Numbered from the stretch's first letter, positions 9,063-20,121 are shown. The stretch: DNA of 64,000 nt from Gammaproteobacteria bacterium (GCA_016779485.1 JADHNN010000001.1:159885-223884); one strand, 5' to 3'. Notes: generated by a model from the sequence alone, not told the origin. Numbers and translations: made by a program.

Positions 9063-10502
9063 CTATTCATTAATCTCTAGCATATTGCCAACTTCAACAA
9101 CTTTCATTGCGTTAGTTCCTCCGCTGGTACCGAGTAAGTCTCCTTTAGTGATGATTACATAGTCTCCTTTTCTCACCGTACCAATCTCTTTCATAAGGTC
9201 AATAACCTGCATATTAGCTTGAGCATGATTTTCCTCTAACTTATCAAGCTTTATTGACTGCACGCCCTTGTACAAACATATTCTTCTACTTGTTTTAATA
9301 TTTTGTGTCATTGCATAAATAGGAATATTAGACTGCACCCTAGACATCCATAAAGCGGTTGAGCCTGTTTCAGTCAATGCAGCGATAGCTACCGCTTTAG
9401 TTAATTTGGCACTGTAAACTGCTGATAGAGCAATTACCTGATCGACAGGTAAAGTTTTTGGTACTACTCTATCTACAGATAGGGGTCTTATATATGCACC
9501 TTCAGATTCTATGCAAATCCTACTGGCCTCACCGATAACATCAGACGGATACTTGCCAATAGCTGTTTCAGCAGAAAACATTATAGCATCTACACCTGAA
9601 CTAACAGCATTAGCAACATCAAATACCTCTGCACGTGTAGGTACTCTGTTTGTAATCATTGATTCCATCATTTGCGTTGCAACAATAACTAACTTATCAG
9701 ATGATATTGCTTTTCTTATTAGAAATTTTTGAGCAGCAGGTAATTGTTCAATACCTATTTCAACACCTAGATCGCCTCTTGCAACCAAGAGACCGTCTGA
9801 CTCTTTTGTTATTTTGTCAATATTTTTTAAAGCTTCATTTCTTTCAATCTTTGAGATTATTCTAATATCTTTATTCCTGATAATTTTTTTAATTTCTTGA
9901 ATGTCTTTTTCGTTTTTAACAAAAGATACTGCTAAGTAGTCATATTCAAAAGATAGTGACTTTTTCAGATCAGATTTATCTTTTGCTGTTATTCCCGATA
10001 ATGAAAGCCCTCCCCCTTTTTTATTTAATCCCTGGTATGGTTTAAGCTTTCCTCCACGATCGACTATAGTATAAATTTTTTTAGAAACTACTTTTTCAAC
10101 TTTAAGTTTGATCAAAGCATCACTTAATAGTAACTCATCACCTTGTTTAACATTTTTATAAAGATCTTTAAAAGTAACTCCGACTTGTTTTTGATTTCCA
10201 TTATCTTTTAATGATGAATCTATAGTAAATTTATCACCAGACTTTAAAGTTATATGAGGTTTTTTTGCAAAGCCTTTAATCCTTACTTTTTGCCCCTGAA
10301 GATCTAACATAACCGCAACGGGCCTTCCTAATTTTTTTTCTACCTTTCTCACCAATTTAATTATATGGTCAACATCTCCAATCTTGGTATGTGAAAGATT
10401 TATCCTAAATACATCTGCACCTTCAAGCATCATTTTTTCTAATTTCATTGCATTTGAAGATGCTGGACCAAGAGATGCGATTATTTTAGTTCTTTTTTTC
10501 AT
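9063..10502 (-). CDS. pyk: Pyruvate kinase
   Basis: RTKIIASLGPAS, DLQGQKVR, SKIER, VARGDLGVE, ATQMMESM, FSAETA. Confidence 0.97.
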   Translation of the reverse strand: MKKRTKIIASLGPASSNAMKLEKMMLEGADVFRINLSHTKIGDVDHIIKLVRKVEKKLGRPVAVMLDLQGQKVRIKGFAKKPHITLKSGDKFTIDSSLKDNGNQKQVGVTFKDLYKNVKQGDELLLSDALIKLKVEKVVSKKIYTIVDRGGKLKPYQGLNKKGGGLSLSGITAKDKSDLKKSLSFEYDYLAVSFVKNEKDIQEIKKIIRNKDIRIISKIERNEALKNIDKITKESDGLLVARGDLGVEIGIEQLPAAQKFLIRKAISSDKLVIVATQMMESMITNRVPTRAEVFDVANAVSSGVDAIMFSAETAIGKYPSDVIGEASRICIESEGAYIRPLSVDRVVPKTLPVDQVIALSAVYSAKLTKAVAIAALTETGSTALWMSRVQSNIPIYAMTQNIKTSRRICLYKGVQSIKLDKLEENHAQANMQVIDLMKEIGTVRKGDYVIITKGDLLGTSGGTNAMKVVEVGNMLEINE

Positions 10503-10503
10503 T

Positions 10504-11634
10504 TTATAAATTCAATTTATCGAGTATCGGCAGAGATTCATCTTCTAAATAAGTTAAAAGAGAGCCTCCGCCTGTTGAAAGACAACTATAATCATTTTGT
10601 AAATTTAAGTTTTCGATAATAGGTAGTGTATCACCCCCTCCGACAATAGAAAAACAATTATGCTTTGCTATAGTTTTTGCTAATTCTTTTGTAGCATAAT
10701 CAAATGGTTTCTTTTCAACATAACCTAGTGGTCCATTCCAAAATATAGATGATGATTTATTAATAAGTTTTTTAATTTCTTGAAGACTATTTTCTCCAAT
10801 ATCATATATGCAATCATCTTTAATTATATTAATTACATCTTTATTCTTAGTTTGACTGAATGATTCACAAAGCAAATCTGATGGAAATACGATTTTTGAT
10901 GCTAACTCAGAATTTAATATATTTTTAGCCTCATTCACCAAGTTTGCCTCATATAATGATAGACCAATTTCATACCCTTTAGCTTTTAAAAAAGTATTCA
11001 AAATTCCTCCACCTAAAATCATATGATCACATCTACTTAAGAGTTTTTTTATAACAATAAGTTTTGTGGACACCTTAGCTCCAGAAATTATTATCGTCAT
11101 GGGTCTTGAGTTTTCTTTAATAAGTTTATTGATTGTTGAAATTTCATGTTTAATATTTAAACCGGGATAAGTCTCTAGGTATTCACTTACTCCAAATGTA
11201 GAGCTCTCTTTTCTATGTGCCACTCCGAAAGCATCAAAAATAAAAATATCAGCTAATGACGCATATCTCTGAGATAAAGATTCATCACATGATTTTTCCC
11301 CAATATTAAATCTTACATTCTCTAGAAAACATATTTCATTGTTATCAAATGAAACTTGCTCATCTAATGTACTAATAAATTTAATATCTTTAGATAACAG
11401 TTCTGAAAGATATTTTGCTATAGGTTCTAGTGAATTATTTTTATCATATTCACCCTCATTAGGTCTTCCTAAATGAGACATTATAATAAGCTTATTTTTA
11501 TTATTTAGAAGGAGTTGTATAGTTGCAAGTGACTGCTTTATTCTAAAATCATTTATAATCTTTCCTTCATACATTGGTACATTAAAGTCAAATCTAATAA
11601 GTACTCTTTTTGAAGATATATGATTGAGAGTCAC
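10504..11634 (-). CDS. pgk: Phosphoglycerate kinase (GTG start)
   Basis: RFDFNVP, SHLGRP, LENVRF, DAFGVAHR, GAKVSTK, WNGPLG, GGGDT, STGGG. Confidence 0.95.
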   Translation of the reverse strand: MTLNHISSKRVLIRFDFNVPMYEGKIINDFRIKQSLATIQLLLNNKNKLIIMSHLGRPNEGEYDKNNSLEPIAKYLSELLSKDIKFISTLDEQVSFDNNEICFLENVRFNIGEKSCDESLSQRYASLADIFIFDAFGVAHRKESSTFGVSEYLETYPGLNIKHEISTINKLIKENSRPMTIIISGAKVSTKLIVIKKLLSRCDHMILGGGILNTFLKAKGYEIGLSLYEANLVNEAKNILNSELASKIVFPSDLLCESFSQTKNKDVINIIKDDCIYDIGENSLQEIKKLINKSSSIFWNGPLGYVEKKPFDYATKELAKTIAKHNCFSIVGGGDTLPIIENLNLQNDYSCLSTGGGSLLTYLEDESLPILDKLNL

Positions 11635-12642
11635 TTATTTAACCCAATGAATCGTCACATCTAACATTCTGTTAGAGAATCCCCATTCATTATCATACCA
11701 AGCACATATTTTATAAAGTTTACCTTCAGATACTTTGGTTAAACTTTCATCAAATACAGAAGAGTAAGATGAGTGGTTAAAATCTACAGATACTAATGGC
11801 AAATTATTATATCCGACAATACCTTTCATATCAGTATTGGATGATTCCATAACAAGATTATTTAATCCATCTACTGAAGTTGATTTACTTGTGTTAAAAC
11901 ATAAATCGACAACAGAAACATTAGTAGTCGGAACACGCACAGCAAAGCCATCAAGTTTACCATTTAGATCAGGCATTACTAAACCAACAGCAGCTGCAGC
12001 TCCAGTTTTTGTAGGAATCATTGACTGTGTTGCTGAACGAGCACGTCTTAGATCAGTATGATATACATCTGTTAATACTTGATCATTGGTATATGCATGA
12101 ATGGTTGTCATTAATCCATTTGTGATATCTAGATTTTTGTGAATATTCTTTATAACGGTTGCAAGACAATTTGTTGTGCATGATGCGTTTGATATTACCT
12201 GATGTTGGTCTGTTAAAGTGTCATGGTTTACACCATAAACAACTGTATTATCGATTTCTTTACCTGGTGCAGAAATAATAACTTTCTTAGCACCTGCTTT
12301 GATATGTCCTCCAGCTTTGTCTTTTGAAACAAAAATTCCTGTACATTCATAAACAACATCTACTTTAAGTTTTTCCCAAGGAAGATTGTTGGGATCTCTC
12401 TCAGACGTAACTAAGATTTCATCTGAATTATCTATAATAATCTTATCTTCTCTCACTTCCACAGGCTTGTTGAATTTACCGTGAACAGTATCGTGTATTA
12501 ATAAGTGCGCATTTATATTACTGTCACCAAGATCATTAATGGCAACGATTTGTATATCTTGATATTTATCACTTTCATATTTAGCTCTCAGTATATTTCT
12601 TCCAATCCTACCAAAACCATTTATTGCTACTCTTATAGTCAT
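11635..12642 (-). CDS. gap: Glyceraldehyde-3-phosphate dehydrogenase type I
   Basis: [26 protein letters not shown]. Confidence 0.98.
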   Translation of the reverse strand: MTIRVAINGFGRIGRNILRAKYESDKYQDIQIVAINDLGDSNINAHLLIHDTVHGKFNKPVEVREDKIIIDNSDEILVTSERDPNNLPWEKLKVDVVYECTGIFVSKDKAGGHIKAGAKKVIISAPGKEIDNTVVYGVNHDTLTDQHQVISNASCTTNCLATVIKNIHKNLDITNGLMTTIHAYTNDQVLTDVYHTDLRRARSATQSMIPTKTGAAAAVGLVMPDLNGKLDGFAVRVPTTNVSVVDLCFNTSKSTSVDGLNNLVMESSNTDMKGIVGYNNLPLVSVDFNHSSYSSVFDESLTKVSEGKLYKICAWYDNEWGFSNRMLDVTIHWVK

Positions 12643-12646
12643 TTGA

Positions 12647-14641
12647 TCACCTATTTTTATTTATTAATTTTTTAATTTCTTTTTTTACATTATTAACTGT
12701 AAAACCAAAATGCTTCATAACATCATTTCCGGTACCTGATAAACCAAAAGTTTCCACAGTTATCATAGAGCCTTTTTTGCCGATATATTTATACCAACTA
12801 TCTCCTTTAGCAGCTTCAACAGCAAGTATGTTATCAAAGTCTTTAGGTATACATTTATTTTTATAGGATGCAGGCTGTCTATCAAATAATTCCTGACAAG
12901 GCATAGATACGACTCGTATATCTAACTTTTTATCACCGAGTTCTTGTGCTGCTTTAACTGCTAGCGATACTTCAGAACCAGATGCTAAAATAATACCATC
13001 TGGCGAATTACTCTTGCCATAAATTATATATCCACCCTTATTCATATTGGTACTTTGTGTCTTTGTTTTAGGTAATTCATTAAGAGTTTGCCTTGTTAAA
13101 GCAAATGCTGATGGTCTTCCTTGATTTAGCAATGCATGTTTCCATGCTGCTGCAGTTTCTTGAGTATCTGCCGGCCTCCAAACATCAAGGTCTGGAACAA
13201 GTCTAAGAGATGATATCTGTTCAACAGCTTGATGAGTAGGTCCATCTTCGCCGAGACCGATTGAATCGTGTGTAAAAATATATATGATTGGCAACTTCAT
13301 CAAAGATGACATCCTAATCGCATTTTTTGTATATTCAGAAAAAATAAGAAATGTACTAGCAAATGGTCTCATTGCTCCATGAAGATGAATACCATTTGAT
13401 ATGGCAGACATGCCAAACTCTCTAACACCATAATGGATATATTTACCTGCAGGATTATTTGGTGAGAATATACTCATATCATCATAGTATGAGAGGTTTG
13501 ATCCTTTTAAGTCTGCTGAACCACCTATAAGTTCTGGCATATTTTGTCCAAAGCTTGTCATGACAACTTGAGATGATTTTCTTGTCGCCATTGGCTTATG
13601 ATTTTTAAGCATACATTTATCTAAGCTAGAGATTACTCTGCTAGGTACCTGATTCTTAATTCGTCTCCTAAGCTCTTGGTAATCTTTTTTATAAAGCTTT
13701 TTATATTTTTCTAATTTTTTATCCCAATGGCCCTCCAATTTCACTCCCTTGACAGTAGCATCCCAACTTTTATAAATTTCCTGAGGTATAATAAACGGCT
13801 TATTTTTCCATCCTAACCTTTTTCTAACTATATCAGCTTCATCAGGACCAATAGGAGCGCCATGTGCAGCGTTAGTTCCTTGATATTTAGGTGAACCGTA
13901 ACCTATAACTGTTTTACAGCAGATTATAGTTGGTTTACTTTTTTCATGTTTTGCACTTTTAATAGCATTCCTAATGTTAACAAAATCATGTCCATTGACA
14001 TTTTTTATCACATTCCATCCATAACTTTTAAATCTACCTGGCACATCCTCTGTAAACCATCCATTTATATTCCCATCAATTGATATGCTGTTCATATCAT
14101 AAAACATGATTAACTTATTGAGCTTTAAGGTTCCTGCTAGTGAGCATGCTTCATGAGAAACACCCTCCATTAAGCATCCATCTCCTGCGAATACGTATGT
14201 GTGATGATCGATAAGTTCGTGTCCAACCTTGTTGTATTCTCCTGCTAAATTCTTCTCTGCTATTGCCATACCTACAGCATTAGCAAGACCTTGTCCTAAT
14301 GGACCTGTCGTTGTCTCAACTCCATCGGTTATATCACACTCCGGGTGGCCTGGTGTTAAAGAATTTATCTGTCTAAAATTTTTGATGTCTTCAATGGATA
14401 ATTTATAACCGCTCAAATGCAATAAAGAATATAGAAGCATTGATCCATGCCCATTAGAAAGAACAAATCTATCTCTATTGAACCAGTTTGGATTCTTGGG
14501 ATTATGTTTGAGAAACTCTCTCCATAAGATTGTGGCAATATCAGCCATGCCCATCGGGGCGCCTGGATGCCCTGAATTAGCTTTATTCACAGCATCTATA
14601 CTGAGAAATCTTATTGCGTTTGCTAATATGCGATTATTCAT
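12647..14641 (-). CDS. tkt: Transketolase
   Basis: [45 protein letters not shown]. Confidence 0.98.
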   Translation of the reverse strand: MNNRILANAIRFLSIDAVNKANSGHPGAPMGMADIATILWREFLKHNPKNPNWFNRDRFVLSNGHGSMLLYSLLHLSGYKLSIEDIKNFRQINSLTPGHPECDITDGVETTTGPLGQGLANAVGMAIAEKNLAGEYNKVGHELIDHHTYVFAGDGCLMEGVSHEACSLAGTLKLNKLIMFYDMNSISIDGNINGWFTEDVPGRFKSYGWNVIKNVNGHDFVNIRNAIKSAKHEKSKPTIICCKTVIGYGSPKYQGTNAAHGAPIGPDEADIVRKRLGWKNKPFIIPQEIYKSWDATVKGVKLEGHWDKKLEKYKKLYKKDYQELRRRIKNQVPSRVISSLDKCMLKNHKPMATRKSSQVVMTSFGQNMPELIGGSADLKGSNLSYYDDMSIFSPNNPAGKYIHYGVREFGMSAISNGIHLHGAMRPFASTFLIFSEYTKNAIRMSSLMKLPIIYIFTHDSIGLGEDGPTHQAVEQISSLRLVPDLDVWRPADTQETAAAWKHALLNQGRPSAFALTRQTLNELPKTKTQSTNMNKGGYIIYGKSNSPDGIILASGSEVSLAVKAAQELGDKKLDIRVVSMPCQELFDRQPASYKNKCIPKDFDNILAVEAAKGDSWYKYIGKKGSMITVETFGLSGTGNDVMKHFGFTVNNVKKEIKKLINKNR

Positions 14642-14642
14642 T

Positions 14643-15194
14643 TTATCTCCACTTAATTGAACATCCTACGCTTGGAATTTGTTTTGCTGGACCAATACCT
14701 GTTCTAACTATTTCAATCATGCCTTTAAACATTTCACTGGAGTTAGCTGACATTTGTTTGGTCATCTTTCTATCATCGAATCTACCGCGGTATTGTAACC
14801 TAAGATTTTCATCAAAGCCAAAAAAGTCTGGGGTACATACAGATTTAAAGCTATGTGCTATAGACTGAGTGTCGTCAAGTAAATATGGAAAGCTAAAACC
14901 TAATTTTTTTGAAATTTTTTGCATGTTATCGAAGGAGTCTTCCGGGTATGAATGATAATCATTGGAATTAATTGCGACACAGCCAACACCTTTTTTTTGC
15001 AAAACGCTCACCTCAACTACTAATTGTTCTAGAATAGATTGGACGTACGGACAGTGGTTACAGATGAACATTATTAGTGTTGCCTTTGGACCTCGGCATG
15101 ACTGAAGAGTATGGAGATTTTGATCTACTCCCTTAAGCTCAAAATTAGGAGCTTGCATATTATAGTCACACTCAGGTGTGTAAGTTTCGGTCAT
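14643..15194 (-). CDS. Thioredoxin-like (AhpC/TSA-related) protein
   Basis: FICNHCPYV, FSFPYLLD, CTPDFF, YRGRFDD, SVGCSIKW. Confidence 0.88.
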   Translation of the reverse strand: MTETYTPECDYNMQAPNFELKGVDQNLHTLQSCRGPKATLIMFICNHCPYVQSILEQLVVEVSVLQKKGVGCVAINSNDYHSYPEDSFDNMQKISKKLGFSFPYLLDDTQSIAHSFKSVCTPDFFGFDENLRLQYRGRFDDRKMTKQMSANSSEMFKGMIEIVRTGIGPAKQIPSVGCSIKWR

Positions 15195-15272
15195 GAATTA
15201 TCTTGAAATTTATAAATATGACCCCAAAATGAACTGAAAATCATATTTTTTTATTATTTACAATATTATTAG

Positions 15273-15281
15273 TGATATAAT
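15273..15281 (+). promoter_or_regulatory. Extended -10 promoter element TGATATAAT upstream of rpoD
   Basis: Exact TGnTATAAT match 27 nt before the rpoD ATG. Confidence 0.6.
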
Positions 15282-15308
15282 AGCTCACTTTCAAAGAAGA
15301 ATATATCA

Positions 15309-17144
15309 ATGCCAAGCAATAATTTATCTAAAACTAAACAAAAAGAAATCAAAGAGCTCATAGAGAAGGGTAGACAACAGGGCTTTCTGACAATAGGTGA
15401 AATCAACGATCTATTGCCTACCAATCTGTATGATGCTGATCAAATCGATGGGATTATAAAGCTCATAACAGATCTTAAGATTAAGGTTGTTGAAAGTAAC
15501 AAAGATATAGAAACAGAGGTTGTAATTGGTGATGAAGAAATATCTGATGATGATGATAATGAGATTACAGAACAAGAAGCTGTAGAAGTCCTTTCTAATC
15601 TAGATGAAGAGTTTGGAAGAACTTCAGATCCTGTCAGGATGTATATGAGGGAGATGGGAACTGTTGAGCTTTTAAATAGAGCTGGTGAAATAGTAATAGC
15701 TAAAAAGATAGAAGAGGGCCAGAAATTAATATATAAAGCCATACAAAGATTCCCCGAGTCAGTTAGCTTTTTTTTAAAACTATTTAAAAATGAAGAAGAG
15801 ATAGAGTCTCAGATATCTGATTATATTTTAGATGTTAAAGAAAATACTGATGAGGAATTCAAAACAGAACAAATTCCCGAAGAAAGCTCATCTGATGATA
15901 AAGAAGATATAGATGAATCCGAAGAACAGGAAATTATTGATAATTCGCCAGATAAAGAGTTAGTTGCACAAAAGGTAGAGATAATAAAAGGATACTTTGA
16001 GAAATATAAATCACAAAAAGATACTGCGAAAGCTGAAAAAATATTTGATAAAATAAGAAACGAAATCTCTACTTTCAAATTTACTAGTTTATTCATTGAG
16101 AAACTAACAGATAGAATAGAAAACATATCAAGAAATATTGTTAAATATGAAAAAGATATTTTCTCTCTATGTTTAAAACAAACTAACTTATCTAAAAAAG
16201 AGTTTTTAAAAATTTTTAAAAACAATGAGACAGACATTAAGATACTTGATGAAATTAGAAATAACCATCTTAAAGCAGCAACGGATGGAGAAACCTTTAG
16301 CAAAGAATTTATAAAAATAAATAAAAAATTAAGTTTGATTGAATCAAGTCAAGGAATAACGATTCAAGAAATAAAACTTATAAATAAAGATAGAAGATCA
16401 GGGGAAATTAAAGAGAGAAATGCAAAACGTGAGATGGTAGAGGCTAACCTCCGTCTGGTAATTTCTATTGCTAAAAAGTATACAAATCGCGGTCTACAAT
16501 TCTTAGATTTGATACAAGAGGGCAACATTGGCTTAATGAAGGCCGTAGATAAGTTTGAATACCGGAGAGGGTATAAGTTTTCTACATATGCAACATGGTG
16601 GATTAGACAAGCGATTACAAGATCTATTGCGGATCAAGCAAGAACAATTCGTATACCGGTCCATATGATTGAAACTATAAATAAACTAAATAGAATACAA
16701 AGAAAACTACTTCAAGAAAATGGAAAGGAAGCAACACCTGAAGAGTTGGCAGAGCACATGGATATGACTGAAGAAAAAGTCAGAAGAGTTCTTAAGATTG
16801 CAAAAGAGCCAATATCAATGGAATCTCCTGTTGGAGATGATGAAGACTCTCATCTTGGAGATTTTATTGAGGATGAAAATGCTGAGAAACCATTAGATCA
16901 AACTATAAATGATGGCCTCTCTGACTCTACTCGTGACATATTATCAAGTTTGACACCAAGAGAAGCAAAGGTATTAAGAATGAGATTTGGAATTGATATG
17001 AATACAGACCATACTCTAGAGGAAGTTGGTAAGCAGTTTGATGTCACAAGAGAGAGAATAAGACAAATAGAAGCTAAAGCATTAAGAAAACTAAGGCATC
17101 CGTCTAGAGCACAAAACCTTAAGAGTTTTCTAGATAATGACTGA
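15309..17144 (+). CDS. rpoD: RNA polymerase primary sigma factor
   Basis: Region 1.1, [57 protein letters not shown]. Confidence 0.99.
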   Translation: MPSNNLSKTKQKEIKELIEKGRQQGFLTIGEINDLLPTNLYDADQIDGIIKLITDLKIKVVESNKDIETEVVIGDEEISDDDDNEITEQEAVEVLSNLDEEFGRTSDPVRMYMREMGTVELLNRAGEIVIAKKIEEGQKLIYKAIQRFPESVSFFLKLFKNEEEIESQISDYILDVKENTDEEFKTEQIPEESSSDDKEDIDESEEQEIIDNSPDKELVAQKVEIIKGYFEKYKSQKDTAKAEKIFDKIRNEISTFKFTSLFIEKLTDRIENISRNIVKYEKDIFSLCLKQTNLSKKEFLKIFKNNETDIKILDEIRNNHLKAATDGETFSKEFIKINKKLSLIESSQGITIQEIKLINKDRRSGEIKERNAKREMVEANLRLVISIAKKYTNRGLQFLDLIQEGNIGLMKAVDKFEYRRGYKFSTYATWWIRQAITRSIADQARTIRIPVHMIETINKLNRIQRKLLQENGKEATPEELAEHMDMTEEKVRRVLKIAKEPISMESPVGDDEDSHLGDFIEDENAEKPLDQTINDGLSDSTRDILSSLTPREAKVLRMRFGIDMNTDHTLEEVGKQFDVTRERIRQIEAKALRKLRHPSRAQNLKSFLDND

Positions 17145-17601
17145 TTTAGCTATATTTGCAGCAGGTTGTTTTTGGGGAATTGAGGAAAAGTATTTAACTA
17201 CGCCTGGTGTTCTTGATACAGAGGTAGGATATATTGGTGGTATTACTAATAATCCCAGCTATCAGGATGTGTGTACAGGAACGACCAATCATGCGGAAGC
17301 TGTACGAGTTAGTTTTAATCCAGATAAAATAACTTATAGAGACCTTGTTATGATATTTTTTAAGATACATGACCCAACTGCTTATAATAGACAAGGACCT
17401 GACATAGGGACGCAGTATAGGTCAGAGATATTTTATTTAGATAATGATCAGTATCATATAGCAGATGCACTTAAAAGATCTTTAAACAAAGAAACTTTTA
17501 ATGGTAACATTGTTACCGCAATAAGCATGGCTGATAAGTTTTGGATTGCTGAAGAGTACCATCAGAAGTATATTAGAAAAAAGAAAAACATGATTTTATA
17601 A
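17137..17601 (+). CDS. msrA: Peptide-methionine (S)-S-oxide reductase
   Basis: GCFWG active site, [24 protein letters not shown]. Confidence 0.97.
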   Translation: MTDLAIFAAGCFWGIEEKYLTTPGVLDTEVGYIGGITNNPSYQDVCTGTTNHAEAVRVSFNPDKITYRDLVMIFFKIHDPTAYNRQGPDIGTQYRSEIFYLDNDQYHIADALKRSLNKETFNGNIVTAISMADKFWIAEEYHQKYIRKKKNMIL

Positions 17602-17613
17602 TTAAACTAAATA

Positions 17614-17687
17614 GGGCCTGTAGCTCAGTTGGTTAGAGCAGTGGACTCATAATCCATTGGTCGCAGGTTCGAGTCCTGCCGGGCCCA
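17614..17687 (+). tRNA. ileX: tRNA-Ile(CAU), lysidine type; CCA end not encoded
   Basis: Cloverleaf GGGCCTG/CGGGCCC, GTGGA-CTCATAA-TCCAT, GCAGG-TTCGAGT-CCTGC; C4:G69 and C5:G68 pairs; no fMet features; downstream of rpoD like E. coli ileX. Confidence 0.9.
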
Positions 17688-17695
17688 ACAAGAAT

Positions 17696-18469
17696 ATGAA
17701 TAATCTTGCATATTATAAAAAAGAAATTATTGTACTAAAAAATAAAATATATAAACATAAGCTGTTTCATAAGAAACTCGAAACCAAGCATATTAGATAT
17801 TTTATGGAATCTCATATATTTTCTGTATGGGGCTTTATGAGTATTTTGAAATCTTTGCAATTTAGTTTATCAAGAAATTCGCTCCCATGGGTGCCCACAG
17901 AGAATACAAGAAATGGACTAACCAGTTTCATAAATGAGATAGTTCTATCTGAAGAAAGTGATTATATCGAAGGGATAGGATATATATCTCATTTTGAAAT
18001 ATATCTGGAAGCAATGGAAGAGATGGGTGCAGATAGTTCAAAAATATTAGAACTTATAGACTGTATTAATAGAGAAGGTAATGCATACTACGGCATAAAT
18101 AATTTAGATGTTTTAGCTGAAGTAAAAGATTTTATAAAATTTGATTTAGATACAGCGCTTTCAGGTGATCTTCCAAAAATTGTAGGAAGTTTTACTCTAG
18201 GTAGAGAGAAGGTGATACCGAATATGTTTGGACATATTGTCCAAAGCGTTACTAATTCAAGTGCTACTAATAAGTTTACAACATACTTGAATAGACATAT
18301 CGATATAGATGGAGATAGGCATGGACCATTATCTTCTAAGCTGTTAAATAAACTATGTTGTTCAGATAAAAATCTTGAAGTAGCCTATCAGGCAGGAATA
18401 GATTCACTAAATTTGAGACTAAAAGTATGGGATAAAATATTAGATAATATGAGTCTTGATAATATATAA
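17696..18469 (+). CDS. DUF3050-family protein (probable heme-oxygenase-like di-iron fold)
   Basis: FMESHIFSVWGFMSILKSLQ, INEIVLSEESD, SHFEIYLEAM, GREKVIPNMF, YLNRHIDIDGDRHGP; start moved to ATG 17696 because the track start lies inside the tRNA. Confidence 0.8.
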   Translation: MNNLAYYKKEIIVLKNKIYKHKLFHKKLETKHIRYFMESHIFSVWGFMSILKSLQFSLSRNSLPWVPTENTRNGLTSFINEIVLSEESDYIEGIGYISHFEIYLEAMEEMGADSSKILELIDCINREGNAYYGINNLDVLAEVKDFIKFDLDTALSGDLPKIVGSFTLGREKVIPNMFGHIVQSVTNSSATNKFTTYLNRHIDIDGDRHGPLSSKLLNKLCCSDKNLEVAYQAGIDSLNLRLKVWDKILDNMSLDNI

Positions 18470-18512
18470 TTATATGATAATATACTTATATACAAACCTC
18501 CTTCGTATATGA

Positions 18513-18535
18513 AAAGCCGACAAGATGTCGGCTTT
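18513..18535. terminator. Bidirectional intrinsic terminator AAAGCCGACA-AGA-TGTCGGCTTT
   Basis: Perfect 10-bp stem with A/T flanks between convergent genes. Confidence 0.85.
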
Positions 18536-18536
18536 A

Positions 18537-19091
18537 TCATTCTACAAGTAAGTATGTCCCAGTTCGAATCTCATAAGAAGAAACATCTTCTTTACTATTA
18601 ATTCCGAGGATTACACTAATAGCTCTAATTGTGTTGCCATGAGAAACAACTAAAATATTTCCAGATTTAGGAAGAGATTCAATAAAACTTATGACCCTAA
18701 CACTTACATCTTTTAAACTCTCACCATTAGGTGGACTAGTATCCCACCCTCTTCTTGCTGAAAAAAAAGAAGCTTCGCCTATTTGCTGCTTCACTTCTGT
18801 TTTATTGAGCCCAGACCAATCCCCATAACTTCTCTCTTTAAGACGTTCATCGTATTCAATACTAGTGTCATCTCCAACTATACAAATTGCAGTTGTAGCA
18901 GCTCTCAATAAAGGTGAGCTATATACATGATTGAACTTAATGCTCGACAGTTCACTTCGCAAATTTATAGCTGCTGCCATTCCCTTTTCAGTGAGATACG
19001 GGTCATGCCAGCCAGTAAAAAGCTGCTTTTTGTTATATTCAGACTGAGCATGCCTAACGAACCAAATTTTTCTAGATTGCGTATTATTCAT
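18537..19091 (-). CDS. gpmA: Cofactor-dependent phosphoglycerate mutase / histidine phosphatase
   Basis: VRHAQSEYN, FTGWHD, ERSYGDWSGLNK, PPNGESLKD, SHGNTIR. Confidence 0.75.
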   Translation of the reverse strand: MNNTQSRKIWFVRHAQSEYNKKQLFTGWHDPYLTEKGMAAAINLRSELSSIKFNHVYSSPLLRAATTAICIVGDDTSIEYDERLKERSYGDWSGLNKTEVKQQIGEASFFSARRGWDTSPPNGESLKDVSVRVISFIESLPKSGNILVVSHGNTIRAISVILGINSKEDVSSYEIRTGTYLLVE

Positions 19092-19092
19092 A

Positions 19093-19875
19093 TTAATCTT
19101 TGTTAGCTATGTCATTATATACTTCTTCAGTTTCATTAGAAGTTTTTCTCATTTTAAAAAATTTTGAAGAATATAATCCTAATTCATAAAGTAACCACAT
19201 AGGAAGAGCAAGAAGGATCTGTGAAATAACATCTGGTGGTGTGAGTAACATCCCTAGTGTAAAAGCGCCAACAATTATATAAGGTCTTTTTGATATTAGT
19301 TTTTCTTTAGTCGTTATTCCAGATGTTATTAATAATACAGTTATAATAGGGACTTCAAATGAAAATCCAAATGCAAAAAATAAAGCAATAACAAAATCAA
19401 GATATCTCCCGATATCAGTCATTACAGCAACATCTGTAGGCGCAATACCTATAAAAAAAACAAATATTAATGGAAAGACAACAAAATATGCAAATGCAGC
19501 GCCTAGGTAAAATAATATACTGCTCGATACAATCAGAGGAAAAATAAGCTTCTTTTCATGTGAGTATAATCCAGGGGCAATAAATGACCAAAGATGATAA
19601 AGAATATATGGGATAACAATAAATATGGATAGGTATATTACTAGCTTGAAAGGAATCAAGAAAGGCGATGCAACATCAATAGCAATCATTTCGCTACCCT
19701 GAGGCAATGCATTAAGTAATGGTATAGATAAAATATTGTATATTTGACCAGAAAATGGAATAAGTAAGATAAAAATAACTAAAACAAACAATAATATTTT
19801 TGTTAATCTATTTCTAAGTTCTAATAAGTGCGGTATGAATGAATTTTTACTTTGATTTGTCTGATTTTGGTTCAT
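19093..19875 (-). CDS. tatC: Twin-arginine translocase TatC
   Basis: FIPHLLELRNRL, WSFIAPGLYSHEK, AFGFSFEVP, LTPPDVISQ. Confidence 0.97.
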   Translation of the reverse strand: MNQNQTNQSKNSFIPHLLELRNRLTKILLFVLVIFILLIPFSGQIYNILSIPLLNALPQGSEMIAIDVASPFLIPFKLVIYLSIFIVIPYILYHLWSFIAPGLYSHEKKLIFPLIVSSSILFYLGAAFAYFVVFPLIFVFFIGIAPTDVAVMTDIGRYLDFVIALFFAFGFSFEVPIITVLLITSGITTKEKLISKRPYIIVGAFTLGMLLTPPDVISQILLALPMWLLYELGLYSSKFFKMRKTSNETEEVYNDIANKD

Positions 19876-20119
19876 CACTTGCCTCTTTAATTCTTTGTTG
19901 CAATTCTGAGATAGACAGCTCTTGATCTTTTAGTATTGATTTAATATCTGTGCTGTCAACTTCATCATCAATTTGGCTTTTGACACTATTAAAATATCTT
20001 TGTACTCTGCCGAATTGTTTTCCAAGAAATGAGGCGACTTGTGGAAGCTTCTCTGGACCTAAGACAAATAATGATAGAAGGAATAAAAAAAATAATTCCC
20101 AAAAACCAATATCAAACAT
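19847..20119 (-). CDS. tatB: Twin-arginine translocase TatB
   Basis: MFDIGFWEL...VLGPEKLP. Confidence 0.95.
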   Translation of the reverse strand: MFDIGFWELFFLFLLSLFVLGPEKLPQVASFLGKQFGRVQRYFNSVKSQIDDEVDSTDIKSILKDQELSISELQQRIKEASDEPKSDKSK

Positions 20120-20121
20120 TT

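Noticed and set aside
15500-15960. Asp/Glu-rich low-complexity stretches in rpoD
   Set aside because: These are the normal acidic region 1.1 and non-conserved region of sigma70, not a repeat element
17614-17687. tRNA-Met or tRNA-fMet call from the CAT anticodon
   Set aside because: It has a paired G1:C72 and no GGG/CCC anticodon stem (not fMet); C4:G69, C5:G68 and the rpoD linkage favour lysidine tRNA-Ile, though elongator Met is not fully excluded
17657-17695. N-terminal extension MVAGSSPAGPNKN of the DUF3050 ORF
   Set aside because: It is the tRNA T-arm and acceptor stem read as codons; the real start is ATG 17696
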